Assembly: GCA_038884575.1 (NCBI GenBank)
Contig: JAWABQ010000001.1
Span: 33,730-97,729 of the forward strand
DNA length: 64,000 bases
Direction of reading: 5' to 3'
Origin: Candidatus Woesearchaeota archaeon
GTDB lineage: Archaea > Nanobdellota > Nanobdellia > Woesearchaeales > ARS49
Shown here: positions 33,492 to 43,891 of the stretch, piece by piece
Numbering within the stretch: position 1 is the stretch's first letter
Layout of the letters: each line of letters opens with the position of its first letter
Translations under genes and position numbers: made by a program
Notes under the pieces: generated by a model
What the model was told of the DNA's origin: nothing
The model's input: the letters and a program-made list of their open reading frames with translations, nothing else
Database searches by the model: none

Positions 33492-33515
33492 AACGACGAA
33501 GGACAGCCACCCTAT

Positions 33516-33962
33516 TTAAAAACGTTTTGCCCTTCTTTCTCTTCTCAAGAAATCTCCAATGTCATAATAGTTCTTGACGCCTTTTCCATCAAAAATGCCA
33601 TAACCAATGCATTCATCGCGCTCTGTAAGCACAAGCACAAGATCTCCCTGGTTTGCATTTGTTTTGACAACGCTTTGTGCAAGAGCAGGGCGCCTGCACA
33701 CAAACATCCAAACCCCTTTTTCATTCAGCCAGACCTTTTTCGCACTGGTTTTTGAAAGCATTTGCAGCAAATCAAGCGATGGCTTTGCTGTTTTCTCCTG
33801 AAACCTGCCAAGGTAAAGCCCTGCGCTTAATGGCGGAAGCCTGATTTTTTTCATGATGGATGCGATTTCCGGCTTTACAAGGAAGAAGTCATTGCCCATA
33901 CTTTTGACATCTGAATCATCAAACAATTGCTGCTTTGTGAACTGTTCAATAAAAGCTTTCAT
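33516..33962 (-). CDS. PUA-domain protein (NIP7/UPF0113-like)
   Basis: 148 aa. The C-terminal ...GDLVLVLTERDECIGYGIFDGKG... looks PUA-like. It overlaps the upstream NOL1/NOP2/Sun gene by 4 nt. Confidence 0.55.
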   Translation of the reverse strand: MKAFIEQFTKQQLFDDSDVKSMGNDFFLVKPEIASIMKKIRLPPLSAGLYLGRFQEKTAKPSLDLLQMLSKTSAKKVWLNEKGVWMFVCRRPALAQSVVKTNANQGDLVLVLTERDECIGYGIFDGKGVKNYYDIGDFLRRERRAKRF

Positions 33963-34849
33963 TTTCGCACCTTTGCAATGAAAAACCCCTCTGTTCCTGT
34001 CTTGTGGGGCCAGAAGCGCCTGCAGTTTGCAATTGACTTGTGAAGCTCCTGGCCAAACACACGTGTGATTCCCTTGTCGCCGATTGAAACATTGACAGGC
34101 TCAATCTTTGCATTGCAGTTGTCAATCAGCCACTGCATGTTCAGCTCTGTTTCCTCGGGCTCAAGAGTGCAGACGCTGTAAACCAGAATTCCGCCCGGCT
34201 TGAGCATTTCAAGGCATGCAGAAAGTATTTCGCGCTGAAACCTTGAGCTCTTTCTTATATCTTCAATATTCCTTTTGATAAACCAGTCCTTGTCCCCTGC
34301 GTAATTGCCAGAACAGGGAGCATCAACAAGAATTTTGTCAAACTTTATGCCCAACTGCGATGCTTTCACGGCATCAAGATGATATATAATGACATTAGAT
34401 GCGCCCATCCGCTCAATATTGTTCCTCAGCGAAAGAAGCCTGTGTGATTTTTTCTCAAGCGCGATTACTGCGCCATTGTTATGCATCAACTGCGCGAGCT
34501 GGGTTGCCTTTCCCCCAGGCGCAGCACAGCAGTCAAGTATTATTTCCCCTGGCTTTGGGCCAAGCACTTCAACAGGAAGCTGGGCAGCGGCCTCCTGGAT
34601 GTAAAAATAGCCAAGCAGGAACTCAACACTTGCGCCAAGCGAGAACATTGAGTGTTCAACAAAATATCCGTGCTGCAGCCAGGATATTTTTGACAGCTTT
34701 ACACCCAAAGAATTCAGCCGGTTTATTAGGACATCCTCAGGGATGCGCAAAGTATTTGCCCTTATTGCCTGCTTTATCTCAATTTTTTCAGGAACAATCT
34801 CACCCAGCTGTGCATACCTGCCAAGAAAATACTTCAGGCTCGCTTCCAT
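33959..34849 (-). CDS. NOL1/NOP2/Sun-family RNA cytosine-C5 methyltransferase
   Basis: 296 aa with the SAM motif DCCAAPGGKATQL and catalytic motifs DAPCSG and TCT(L). Confidence 0.9.
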   Translation of the reverse strand: MEASLKYFLGRYAQLGEIVPEKIEIKQAIRANTLRIPEDVLINRLNSLGVKLSKISWLQHGYFVEHSMFSLGASVEFLLGYFYIQEAAAQLPVEVLGPKPGEIILDCCAAPGGKATQLAQLMHNNGAVIALEKKSHRLLSLRNNIERMGASNVIIYHLDAVKASQLGIKFDKILVDAPCSGNYAGDKDWFIKRNIEDIRKSSRFQREILSACLEMLKPGGILVYSVCTLEPEETELNMQWLIDNCNAKIEPVNVSIGDKGITRVFGQELHKSIANCRRFWPHKTGTEGFFIAKVRK

Positions 34850-36234
34850 CTAACACCCTGCGGTGAATCCTCAAGAATAATCCCCTTTTCCCTAAGCTTG
34901 TCGCGGATTTCGTCTGATTTCTTCCAGTCCTTTGCTTCCCTTGCCCTTTCGCGCTCATTAATCAGCTTTTGCAGCTCTTTTGGCAAAGGCTTTTCCTTCT
35001 TTTTGAGGATTCCCAAAACTTTGTCAACATCCTCAAATGCAGCCCTTAATGCATTTCCATCCTCTGCGCTAAGCGAATTATTTGCAATCATGACATTTAT
35101 GTCCTTGACAAACTCAAACAGCGCGGCAAGCGCGGGCGGCGTGTCAAGGTCATTGTCCATTGCATCTGTAAATTCCTTCTTTAGCTGTTCAATCCGTTTG
35201 TGCACTTCTGGATTGTGCTTTGGTGCACTAACATCTAAAAGCTTGTCATAGCAGTCCCATATCCTGTTCAATGACTGCTTTGCAGCATCAAGCCCTGCAA
35301 AAGTGAAGTTAAACTGCTGGCGGTAATGGGTGCCAAGGTAAAGATACCGTATAGCAAGAGGGTCATGGCCCTTATCCAGCACATCCCTGAGGCTGTAAAA
35401 ATTGCCAAGGCTCTTTCCCATCCTTTTTCCATCAACAAGGAGCCATTCGTTGTGCAGCCAGTACTTCACGAACTGCTTTCCTGTTGCGCCTTCGCTCTGC
35501 GCAATCTCATTCTGATGGTGGGGGAAGATAAGGTCAATCCCGCCCGTGTGAATGTCAAACTGCTCGCCAAGGTATTTCATGCTCATAGCCGAGCACTCAA
35601 TGTGCCAGCCAGGACGGCCTTTACCAAATGGAGCCTCCCAGAAGACATCGCCGTCTTCAGGCGTGTAGAATTTCCACAAGGCAAAGTCATGCGCATTCTC
35701 CTTTGCATACTCATCAGCCTTTACGCGGCCTGAAGCGCCTGCCTCAAGCTCTCCAAGCTTTATGTGCGCAAATTTGCCATAATTCTTGAACTTCCTTATT
35801 GAATAGTATATGCCGTCATCGCTCTTGTACGCATATCCCTTGTCAATGAGCTTCTGTACAAGCGCAATCATTTCCTTGATGTGCTCTGTCGCCCTTGAGA
35901 AAACATTTGCAGGCAGAATGTTCAGGGTTTCAAGGTCCTCAAAAAAGGCGTTCTCGTATTTTTGCGTGAACTCTTTCAGGGAAACTTTTTGCTTCTGCGA
36001 ATCGCGAATTGTCTTGTCATCAACATCAGTAATATTCATTACGTGAGTGACATCAAACCCTTTGTACTTCAGGTAGCGCTTCAAAAGGTCGCCAAAAACA
36101 TAAGCCCTGTAGTTGCCGATGTGGGGATAATTGTAAACAGTCGGCCCGCAGGTGTACAAGCCAACTTTTGGCGGATTAAGAGGGACAAACTCCTCCTTTT
36201 TCCTTTTCAGCGTATTAAAGACTTTCAGAGCCAT
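34834..36234 (-). CDS. cysS: cysteinyl-tRNA synthetase
   Basis: 466 aa with [14 protein letters not shown] (HIGH), WHIECS and KMGKSLGN (KMSKS). Confidence 0.95.
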   Translation of the reverse strand: MALKVFNTLKRKKEEFVPLNPPKVGLYTCGPTVYNYPHIGNYRAYVFGDLLKRYLKYKGFDVTHVMNITDVDDKTIRDSQKQKVSLKEFTQKYENAFFEDLETLNILPANVFSRATEHIKEMIALVQKLIDKGYAYKSDDGIYYSIRKFKNYGKFAHIKLGELEAGASGRVKADEYAKENAHDFALWKFYTPEDGDVFWEAPFGKGRPGWHIECSAMSMKYLGEQFDIHTGGIDLIFPHHQNEIAQSEGATGKQFVKYWLHNEWLLVDGKRMGKSLGNFYSLRDVLDKGHDPLAIRYLYLGTHYRQQFNFTFAGLDAAKQSLNRIWDCYDKLLDVSAPKHNPEVHKRIEQLKKEFTDAMDNDLDTPPALAALFEFVKDINVMIANNSLSAEDGNALRAAFEDVDKVLGILKKKEKPLPKELQKLINERERAREAKDWKKSDEIRDKLREKGIILEDSPQGVRWKRA

Positions 36235-36271
36235 AGCAAGAACTCACCACGTGCAGTTTAAATACTTTTGC

Positions 36272-38083
36272 TCACTGCAACGGCTCTTTCTTTGGGGCTG
36301 ACTTGGCAAGGTATTTTGAGAATGCCTTGTTCTTCAGGCCGAAATAAGCAAGGAGGACAAGCCCTATTGAAACAATTGCAAATACTGCAAGAAGCACAAG
36401 GTTTGCCCAGATTTCACTTAATGAGGCATTGAATAGTATTGTTCGGCGCAAAAGGTCGCTTCCAATAACCAGCGGGTTAAACTTTGCGACAGCCATTACT
36501 GCCGCAGGCATACTTTCAAGCGGAATGATAATGTCAGAAATGAAAAGGAGTATGCTCCCAAATGCCATGGATGCAAGCATTGCCGTCGACTCTGAGTTGA
36601 AAAGGTATCCGATAATCATGCCAAGGCAGATGTAGAGTGTCATCATCAGCGCAAGCACAACAAGGGTATAGGCAAAGGCATTCAATATCTGGGTGAAGAA
36701 TACGCCTGCGATTGCAAGTATTATCAGGAGCTGGACAACAAGCAGGAATGCAGTGGTCGCAAACACAGAGCCCATGAAAACAATGTCGCTTGTCGGGGTC
36801 ATGAAATTGCGGAAATAAGCAGGCGAGTTGCGCTCAAACAATATCAGCGTCGGCGCAAGAAGCAGCGCAGTGAACAGCATGACAAGCGCGATAAGCGTTG
36901 GGAAGATATAGTTCAGGTAGCTTTTTTCTGCAACAACAGGGACTATTGTTGTCTGCACAGGCTGGACTATTGCCTGCGGGTCTGTCACCTGGATTGCGCC
37001 GATTATCTTGTCAATCTCATTAAGCGATTTTTGAAGCGTGAGGATGTTAAGCAGCGCCTGGTCAAGCAGCTTGTTGATAATGCTGATTTCGTCAAGGGTA
37101 AACACCTTTGCATCAACTGCAAGGTCAATCTGCGCCTTTGTCTGCGTAATCCTGCCTGCGATGTGGTCGATCAGGCTGCTAAGCTGCTCATATTCGCCCT
37201 GCATTATCTCCTCTGTCTTGGTAAGCCTGTCCCTTAGCTCGGCAATTTCAATAACGCTTGCCTGCAGGGAAGATGCCAGGCTGCTGCCCACCTGCTGGCC
37301 CGCAGGGCTTTTCTTCACGAGGTCATCGACGGCATTGATGAAATGCTGAGCCTCATCAAGCGAGCTCTTCCCAAGGCTGAGCGAATTGTCAACCCAGTGC
37401 TTGACAATGCTCTTGGAGCTTGTCAGGTTTGAAATCCCAAACTCCCCAGGGTCAAGCCCGAGCTCAACCTCAAGCAGCTCTGCCTGTATGTTTGCAAGCC
37501 TCTGGCCGATTTCATCATTCTCCGTGGTAAGTGCAACAAGGTTCTGCCTCCTGTCCTTCACAGCAGTCCTGGTAAAATCAACAGCATGCACAAGGATTGC
37601 AGTAAGGTTTTTGCTCAGCTCTGTTGTGCGCGCAGAAATGCTTGTAGTCATAACATTGAGGATTGTCCATACAAGGTTAATCTGCGAATAGTCAACAGCG
37701 AATTTTATTTCGTTCGAGCCGTTTTTGCCTATTGTAAAGTCCGGCGGGAACATAATGCATGTGTGTGTTTCGCCACGCCTTATTCCCTGTATGCAAAGCT
37801 CTTCTGTCGGATAGCGCGTTATCTTGAACTGCTTCTCAGAAAGCTTCTCAATGAATGAGTTTGACAGGTCGTTGTAGGCTGGCGAATGCGTGCCTATCCT
37901 GACTGCATAAAGGCTGGTATTATCGAATGCAAGCCCTGCCAGGAAGATTATAAGCAATGGCCCAAGTATCACAACGAGCGCTGACGCCCTTGCCCTGACA
38001 AGGAGCTTTAGGTTTTTCTGTACCAGAACAACAAGGTTTTCAATCCCCCTGCGGGTCATTTCAGTGGAGCGGGTGGGTGCCAT
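36272..38083 (-). CDS. ABC-2-type transporter permease with a large extracytoplasmic/coiled-coil loop
   Basis: 603 aa with an N-terminal TM, a roughly 350-aa loop and then 5 C-terminal TM segments. An alternative start at ATG 38059 would abut the ATPase stop rather than overlap it. Confidence 0.7.
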   Translation of the reverse strand: MAPTRSTEMTRRGIENLVVLVQKNLKLLVRARASALVVILGPLLIIFLAGLAFDNTSLYAVRIGTHSPAYNDLSNSFIEKLSEKQFKITRYPTEELCIQGIRRGETHTCIMFPPDFTIGKNGSNEIKFAVDYSQINLVWTILNVMTTSISARTTELSKNLTAILVHAVDFTRTAVKDRRQNLVALTTENDEIGQRLANIQAELLEVELGLDPGEFGISNLTSSKSIVKHWVDNSLSLGKSSLDEAQHFINAVDDLVKKSPAGQQVGSSLASSLQASVIEIAELRDRLTKTEEIMQGEYEQLSSLIDHIAGRITQTKAQIDLAVDAKVFTLDEISIINKLLDQALLNILTLQKSLNEIDKIIGAIQVTDPQAIVQPVQTTIVPVVAEKSYLNYIFPTLIALVMLFTALLLAPTLILFERNSPAYFRNFMTPTSDIVFMGSVFATTAFLLVVQLLIILAIAGVFFTQILNAFAYTLVVLALMMTLYICLGMIIGYLFNSESTAMLASMAFGSILLFISDIIIPLESMPAAVMAVAKFNPLVIGSDLLRRTILFNASLSEIWANLVLLAVFAIVSIGLVLLAYFGLKNKAFSKYLAKSAPKKEPLQ

Positions 38084-39182
38084 CTTTCACAAGCGACTCA
38101 AATACCTCTGCTATTGAAGGCCTGTCAACATTCACATACGTGACAGCGATCTTGCTTTTTGCCAGGAAGCTGAGCAGTTCCTTAAGCGCCTCCCTTGGCT
38201 GCGATGTCTGCACAACAAAATAGCCCTCTTTTTCAGCTGCATCCGAATAAAGCATGCGCTTTTTGCTGCAGAATGCCTTTAGCGGGGAGTATTCCCCCTG
38301 CGCAGTCCCGATGAAAATCACGTATCTCTTGGAGTAAATATCACGCAACTGCGTTGTTGTGCCTTCCTCTGTGATTTTCTGGTTCCTGAGTATTGCAATC
38401 CTGCTGCAGTACTTCTCAAGCTCTGAAACAACATGGGAAGCAACAATAATGGTGGTGCCCTCCTTGTTGATGCGGCTTATCAAATCCCAAATCTGGTTGC
38501 GGATGATTGGGTCAAGGTCTGCAGTGGGCTCGTCAAGTATCAGGATTGAGGGGTCGTGCACTATTGCGCAAGCAATGTCAAGGCGCTTCTGCATCCCTCC
38601 TGAAAGGTTTTGCGAAAGCGTATGCTGCGCATTCCACAGCCCGACAAGCTTCAGGAGGCTGTCGCACTTTGAAATCCGCTCCCCTGGCGGAATATTGTAA
38701 AGCGAGGCAAAATGCTCAATGTTCTCGCGCACAGTAAGCTTGCCGTAGAATGAAGGCACCTGTGCTGCAAACCCAAACATCCTCTTGGCAATTTCTTTTG
38801 CCTTTAGCACAGGCACTTCTGTCTTGTCAGGAAGCTGGAGCGAAACCTCACCCTCATCAGGCTCTATGAATCCAACCAGAGTGTTAAGGAGAGTGGTTTT
38901 TCCAACACCGCTAAGCCCGATAATCCCGAAAAGCTCCCCTGGCGGAATCTCAAGGTCAATATGGTCAAGTACTAAATTCTCGCCAAAGCGCTTTGTAACA
39001 CCCCGCATCCTTACAAGAGCAGGACCTTTCGGCATAACTGCCGCCTGGGCCTCGCCGAGGTATTCCTCAACAGCCTCCTTTGGCCAGCCTGCTGCCACAA
39101 GAAGCTTCTCAAGGTCTTTTCGCTGCGCCCCGCGTGCAATAGCCTCCATTATGTGCTCGCGCAGGGCTTCCGCTGTTGCCAT
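38061..39182 (-). CDS. ABC transporter ATP-binding protein with extra N- and C-terminal domains
   Basis: 373 aa with Walker A GLSGVGKTT, signature LSGGMQKR and Walker B ILILDEPT. The N-terminal roughly 45 aa (..RGAQRKDLEKLLVAAGWPKEAVEEYL) resembles the helical module in 21795..22469. Confidence 0.85.
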   Translation of the reverse strand: MATAEALREHIMEAIARGAQRKDLEKLLVAAGWPKEAVEEYLGEAQAAVMPKGPALVRMRGVTKRFGENLVLDHIDLEIPPGELFGIIGLSGVGKTTLLNTLVGFIEPDEGEVSLQLPDKTEVPVLKAKEIAKRMFGFAAQVPSFYGKLTVRENIEHFASLYNIPPGERISKCDSLLKLVGLWNAQHTLSQNLSGGMQKRLDIACAIVHDPSILILDEPTADLDPIIRNQIWDLISRINKEGTTIIVASHVVSELEKYCSRIAILRNQKITEEGTTTQLRDIYSKRYVIFIGTAQGEYSPLKAFCSKKRMLYSDAAEKEGYFVVQTSQPREALKELLSFLAKSKIAVTYVNVDRPSIAEVFESLVKDGTHPLH

Positions 39183-39301
39183 GCCTGAATCCGAGCTATT
39201 TTCTTTTAAAAGCTAATAGGACTACTGCCGAATAGTCACTGTCCGGCTTTCCGAGTTAAAAAACGGAAATTTATTTAAACCTGTGAAAATGAGCCAATTG
39301 C

Positions 39302-39748
39302 ATGAATTGCGAAATGTGCGGCAAGGATACAGAGCTTTTCACAGCAATGATTGAAGGAAGCCAGCTACGCGTCTGCGCAGCCTGCGGAAGGTTTGGAAAA
39401 ATCCTGAAGAAAGTAAAGCTTTCTGCAAGCGCAAAGCCTGCTGCAAAAAGCGAGCCTGCCCAGGTCGAGCAGGTCGTAAGCGATTACGGCCAGCGCATAA
39501 AGGCAGCAAGGGAAAAGCTGGGCATGACGCAGAAGGACTTTGCAAAACTGGTTGCAGTAAAGGAATCCCTGATACATAAGATGGAAACAGGGCATTTTGA
39601 GCCGCCGATAGACATGGCGCGCAAGATGGAAAAAATACTCCGCATAATCCTTGTTGAAGTCCGCGAGGAAGGCGTGGTTGCCAGCGAAGGAAAGGAAAAG
39701 CGACCTGAAGGAATGACAATAGGCGACATAATAAACCTTAAGCGCTAG
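39302..39748 (+). CDS. mbf1: multiprotein bridging factor 1 (Zn-ribbon plus XRE-type HTH)
   Basis: 148 aa with CEMCG...CAACG and then ...IKAAREKLGMTQKDFAKLVAVKESLIHKMETG. TATA-like aaatttatttaaacc lies 20-30 nt upstream. Confidence 0.85.
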   Translation: MNCEMCGKDTELFTAMIEGSQLRVCAACGRFGKILKKVKLSASAKPAAKSEPAQVEQVVSDYGQRIKAAREKLGMTQKDFAKLVAVKESLIHKMETGHFEPPIDMARKMEKILRIILVEVREEGVVASEGKEKRPEGMTIGDIINLKR

Positions 39749-41166
39749 CGGGCATAAATCGAATACCAGCACTGGCCTGACTGGTCAAAGAAAACCTGCC
39801 TGAAATTCTCATTCAGGAATGCACGCATCTTCTCAATCTCAACAGGGCATTGCTCATCATCAGGCGAGCAGACAAGGCCGCCGCCGCAGTTGTCAAGCAG
39901 CACAGCGCCAACTTTTTCTGAATTTTCCATCAGGTACCTGTTGAAGTCTGCTGCTGTCTCACGGCCGTAAATAGGATAGTAAATCTTGCTTATTTTCTGG
40001 TCTGTGTAAGCTGCAACAACAGGGTTTGATGCCCAGATTTCTCCATCAATGTGCCTGCCTTCAAGCCATTTGAAGTAGCGCTCTGCTGCAGGGTCAGGGG
40101 TCCTCGGCTCGTTGCTGTGATAAAATATGACTGCATGACTTGCAGAAACGGCAAAAACAACAATAAGCACAACAACCCAGACATAGCTCGCAATTTTCTT
40201 TCTTTTTTCCAGCCAACCTGTTACTGCATCAATGCCGTGGCCTGTGAAAAGAACAACAAAAGGCAGGAAAAGCAGAAGATAGCGGTAATCACGGCAGTGC
40301 AAAGGCAGGTAGTAAGCCAAAGGAATCAAAACAGAAAGTGCAGGCAAAATGTACTGCTTTTTCCAGCTTCTCACGGCAGCAATTATTCCAACAATTGCAA
40401 ACGCGTTAAGGATATTGTCAAACAAAATCCAGCCAAAATACTGGTACCATGGCTTGTAGCGCAGGATATTGCAGCCAACCACCAAGAGTATGCTCTTGTG
40501 CGCCTCAATTACAGGCTTTAGTAGCGAGCCGTACATCATTTTGTTGAAAATAAGGAAAGGAATGACAGGCAAAACAAAGCCGATTGTGAGCGGCACAAGC
40601 TTTTTCCAGCGCTTTTGAAAGACGATGCAGGCGCCAAGGATAACTATGAATATCCCTGCAGGGAATTTGTCAAGGAATGCAAGCCCTGCAAAAATTCCTG
40701 AAATCCAATAGCGCCCGCTGATAAGGGCAAGCGCTGCCGCGAGCACAAGAGTGATTTCAGGAATTTCCGTGTACTCGTGAAACCCGAGGTAAAATAAAAT
40801 CTGGCTGAAAGCCCATATTATTGAAGAAACAACAGCTGCGCGCTTGGAAAAAACCCTTTTTGCTATTCCATAAACAAGCGCAATCGAAATAAGGGAAAGC
40901 AGGAATTCCAAAATCCTCGCAAACCAGACAATGCTGATATTAAGCACCCAGCCCGCGCCAATAACAAAGGGCCACAATACAGGCCTTATCGGCTCCCAAA
41001 GCCCTGAATTTCCCGCAGACCACAAGTACTTTGCCATTCCGAAATAAACCCCTGAGTCCCACCAGATTTCATGCCAGTCAAATAGGTAAAGCAGGCGCGC
41101 CAATGCAGCAACAAAAATCACTGAATAAAAAGTCAAATTCTGCCTCAAATGGCTTTGCACGCTCAT
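39745..41166 (-). CDS. GT-C-fold membrane glycosyltransferase (ArnT/PMT, GT39/GT83-like)
   Basis: 473 aa with about 11 TM segments, a first-loop motif ...EIWWDSGVYFGMAKYL and a C-terminal soluble domain. It is the last gene of the six-gene operon. Confidence 0.6.
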   Translation of the reverse strand: MSVQSHLRQNLTFYSVIFVAALARLLYLFDWHEIWWDSGVYFGMAKYLWSAGNSGLWEPIRPVLWPFVIGAGWVLNISIVWFARILEFLLSLISIALVYGIAKRVFSKRAAVVSSIIWAFSQILFYLGFHEYTEIPEITLVLAAALALISGRYWISGIFAGLAFLDKFPAGIFIVILGACIVFQKRWKKLVPLTIGFVLPVIPFLIFNKMMYGSLLKPVIEAHKSILLVVGCNILRYKPWYQYFGWILFDNILNAFAIVGIIAAVRSWKKQYILPALSVLIPLAYYLPLHCRDYRYLLLFLPFVVLFTGHGIDAVTGWLEKRKKIASYVWVVVLIVVFAVSASHAVIFYHSNEPRTPDPAAERYFKWLEGRHIDGEIWASNPVVAAYTDQKISKIYYPIYGRETAADFNRYLMENSEKVGAVLLDNCGGGLVCSPDDEQCPVEIEKMRAFLNENFRQVFFDQSGQCWYSIYAR

Positions 41167-43256
41167 CTGGCATACCTCGGATTGGGGTCGTCAAAGCTTG
41201 TCTGCCCAGGGAATTCCTTGAGCAGCAAATAACCATACGGGTATGATGCTGAGTGGAACAGTATTGCACGGTTTCCAGGAGATGACTGGAGCCATTGCTT
41301 AAGCACTGAGTAATCATTTGAGTTGAAAACCCTTGCTGCAATGACTTTTGCCCTTGATTCCTTTGCCTTTTGCACCACTTTTTCCATCTGGTTGAAGCCA
41401 TTAACCTGGACATAATAAAGATTTAGCGGAATTGATTCCTGCAATGCGCTGAAATAGTTTGCAGGAGTCTGGTAGTACCAAACCGCATAAGGCAAGTCTG
41501 TTGAATTCATAACAACAACCGGCTCCTTTGCTGAAATCTCAACAGGCTGGCTGCCAATGATGATTTTGTCTCCAAAGCGCTTCATTGGAGGGCTGCCGAC
41601 AATGCTGAGGTTATGCCCCAATGCAAGGCCGAGATACTTGTCAGTCAGGCATATTGCAGGAATTCCTTTCTTTGCAAGATAAGCGGCAGCCTTTATTTTC
41701 CCAGGATGGTCGCAGCAGCCCATAACCGCAGATACATTATTCCTTATTGCCTGCTCAACAAGCATATTAATTCCGTGAGTATCCATTATAACTGCAATGT
41801 CTTCCCTCAAAAACCTTGTTGTTGGGTATTGCAATTTGTCAAGTGGGACCTCGAACCTGAACACTCCGTTCTCATCAGAAGCATACCATTTGTTATTCAG
41901 CCTGGCAACAAGCGCGCCATAGGCAACAACAGGCTCTATTCCTGCTGCAGCAAGCTCTTCCATGCGCCCCCCTTCATGCCATCCAATGTCTTCCCTGAGC
42001 TCTGACTTGTTGTAAGAGAGCCTCTCCGAAAATGTTGTGAGAACATGGCTGCCGAAGATGTCTTTTTCAGCCTGCAGGCCAAGCCAGTCCCTTTTCACGC
42101 GGTCTGCCTGGGTCATGACTTTGCCGCCCTGATAAATGGCAATGGATGTTTCACCAATGATTATGCCTGAAGCATCCTGCATCTGCGCGAGCTCTGGCTC
42201 AATGCTGCCTGTTTCAAATTTTAGGTTGATTTTTTTTGACAATGCAAGGCTTTCATCAAGCTTTGCCCTTGCGGTGTTGTTAAGGGACTTCCAAAGCCTT
42301 GCAGCCTCAAGCAAAAATGCTTTTTTGTTTCTTCCGCAGTCAATTGATGCAATTGTTTCATAGATGAGCGCCTGCTTTTCTGAATTTTTGGTCTCCTTTA
42401 CTGCGAGGTCATAATACTGCAGGCTCTCGCAAATCATTGAATCATTCTTAGTAATCCTCCCAAGCATCAGCATCAGGTCTGCGCGTGCATATGCAGAAAT
42501 TTTTCCTGAAAGCATTTCAGAAAGGTTTTTGGCAAATTCATCTGCATCAATTCCGGCAGAGTCCAGCACATAAGTGAAGCCATATGCCTGCCCTGACGGG
42601 TCTGCGCGCCTGAGCAAATTCCTTATTGTTGCATTAAGCTCGCCTGCATAAACAAGCCCTTCCTTTTTCTGGCTGTCAAATATGATTGTCGGCGCTGTGG
42701 TGATATTGTACTTGGCTGCAAGGAGCTGGACAAGCGGCTCATCCTTGTAGTCCTTGTCAATTGAAAGGACAACAACCTCCTGCTCATAGTCCTTGCTCAG
42801 GTCAGCAAGGATAAATCCCTGCCTTTCGCTCAAATCGTCATCAATCTTGTAAAAGAATATTATCGGGATATAGGGGCGGTTGCACTCATTGTTCAGCTGC
42901 TCGATAAGCGTGAGGAAGCGCAGCTCAAGCAGGAAATACTTGCGCTTCAGGTAGTCGTAATCCTTTTTCTTGAAAAAACTGAATGAGCTGTAGCTGCCAA
43001 GGTCTGCGCCAACAGTCTTTATCTCCTCTTTTAGCTGCGCGATGCGGGCATTCATTGCCTCACACCTGTTTCCTCCAAATGAGTCTGTGAACTCCTGCTC
43101 TGCGAGGTAGGCAGCAGTATTCAGCTCATGCTGGCTCATCACATCTGCAATGGCGTCTATCCGCATAAAATCCAGGCTGTAATTCAGGAGTATGCCAAGC
43201 GCAAAGATTAGAATGGTCAGGAGGAGGCTGCTGACAATTATCCTGGTCCGCACCAT
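41163..43256 (-). CDS. N-terminally anchored protein: thioredoxin-like module (paralog of 43259..43891) plus a roughly 450-aa unknown domain
   Basis: 697 aa. The first roughly 215 aa align by eye with the neighbouring 210-aa protein (MVR..., ...YLAEQEF..., ...YDYLKRKYFLLELR..., ...IIFFYKIDDD..., ...YNITTAPTIIF...). Confidence 0.6.
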   Translation of the reverse strand: MVRTRIIVSSLLLTILIFALGILLNYSLDFMRIDAIADVMSQHELNTAAYLAEQEFTDSFGGNRCEAMNARIAQLKEEIKTVGADLGSYSSFSFFKKKDYDYLKRKYFLLELRFLTLIEQLNNECNRPYIPIIFFYKIDDDLSERQGFILADLSKDYEQEVVVLSIDKDYKDEPLVQLLAAKYNITTAPTIIFDSQKKEGLVYAGELNATIRNLLRRADPSGQAYGFTYVLDSAGIDADEFAKNLSEMLSGKISAYARADLMLMLGRITKNDSMICESLQYYDLAVKETKNSEKQALIYETIASIDCGRNKKAFLLEAARLWKSLNNTARAKLDESLALSKKINLKFETGSIEPELAQMQDASGIIIGETSIAIYQGGKVMTQADRVKRDWLGLQAEKDIFGSHVLTTFSERLSYNKSELREDIGWHEGGRMEELAAAGIEPVVAYGALVARLNNKWYASDENGVFRFEVPLDKLQYPTTRFLREDIAVIMDTHGINMLVEQAIRNNVSAVMGCCDHPGKIKAAAYLAKKGIPAICLTDKYLGLALGHNLSIVGSPPMKRFGDKIIIGSQPVEISAKEPVVVMNSTDLPYAVWYYQTPANYFSALQESIPLNLYYVQVNGFNQMEKVVQKAKESRAKVIAARVFNSNDYSVLKQWLQSSPGNRAILFHSASYPYGYLLLKEFPGQTSFDDPNPRYAR

Positions 43257-43258
43257 CC

Positions 43259-43891
43259 CTACTCCTTGCGGACCAGCGCCGCGAGTTCATCATATGGTGT
43301 GAGGCCCTTGCGCACAGTGCCAAAGTCCACGACAACAGAAGGCGTTCCTGCAATGTCGTAATACTCCTCAAGGAACCTGAGCTCAGGGGAATAGTTGTAT
43401 TCAATGGCAAAGACCTTGGCATCAAATTCACCGACAAGCCTGTCAAGTATGACCCCCTGCTCCTGGGATTTTGCATCATTCTGGCTGTAATAAAACAGCA
43501 GGACCGGCACTTCAACAGCACAGTCCTGCTTAAGCCTATGGTAAAGCGTGTAAGTCTTTATCTGCATCAGGTGGAATTTGCGCTTCAGGAAGTTATAATT
43601 AGCCTCTCCAAGGTCCTGTTTTGCTGTTTCAGAACCAAGCATCTTGCCAAGCTGCCAAAGCTCGCTTGACAGCGCAGAAAGCCTTAGCTTTGCAAGGTCG
43701 CAGTTTTTTTCCATCCCTGAAAACAATTCCTGCTCAATCAAATAGGATTCTGTCGTCAGCTCGCTTTGTTTTATGAAGTTATTGACATCAGAGAGCTCGG
43801 AATTACTCATGCTCCTGCCGACGATTATTCCAACTGCGAATACCAGAATCAGGAGCAAAATCATTGACAAGTATGTCTGGCGCCTTACCAT
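43259..43891 (-). CDS. N-terminally anchored thioredoxin-like protein lacking CxxC
   Basis: 210 aa with ...VLLFYYSQNDAKSQEQG..., where a Trx fold would carry CxxC, and ...YDIAGTPSVVVDF (a cis-Pro-loop-like region). It overlaps the GT2 gene by 7 nt. Confidence 0.55.
   Translation of the reverse strand: MVRRQTYLSMILLLILVFAVGIIVGRSMSNSELSDVNNFIKQSELTTESYLIEQELFSGMEKNCDLAKLRLSALSSELWQLGKMLGSETAKQDLGEANYNFLKRKFHLMQIKTYTLYHRLKQDCAVEVPVLLFYYSQNDAKSQEQGVILDRLVGEFDAKVFAIEYNYSPELRFLEEYYDIAGTPSVVVDFGTVRKGLTPYDELAALVRKE

Noticed and set aside
33060-33755. A 231-aa plus-strand ORF bridging the valS 5' end and the PUA gene.
   Set aside because: It is antisense to valS (HIGH motif region) and the PUA-domain gene. 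The sequence is not protein-like.
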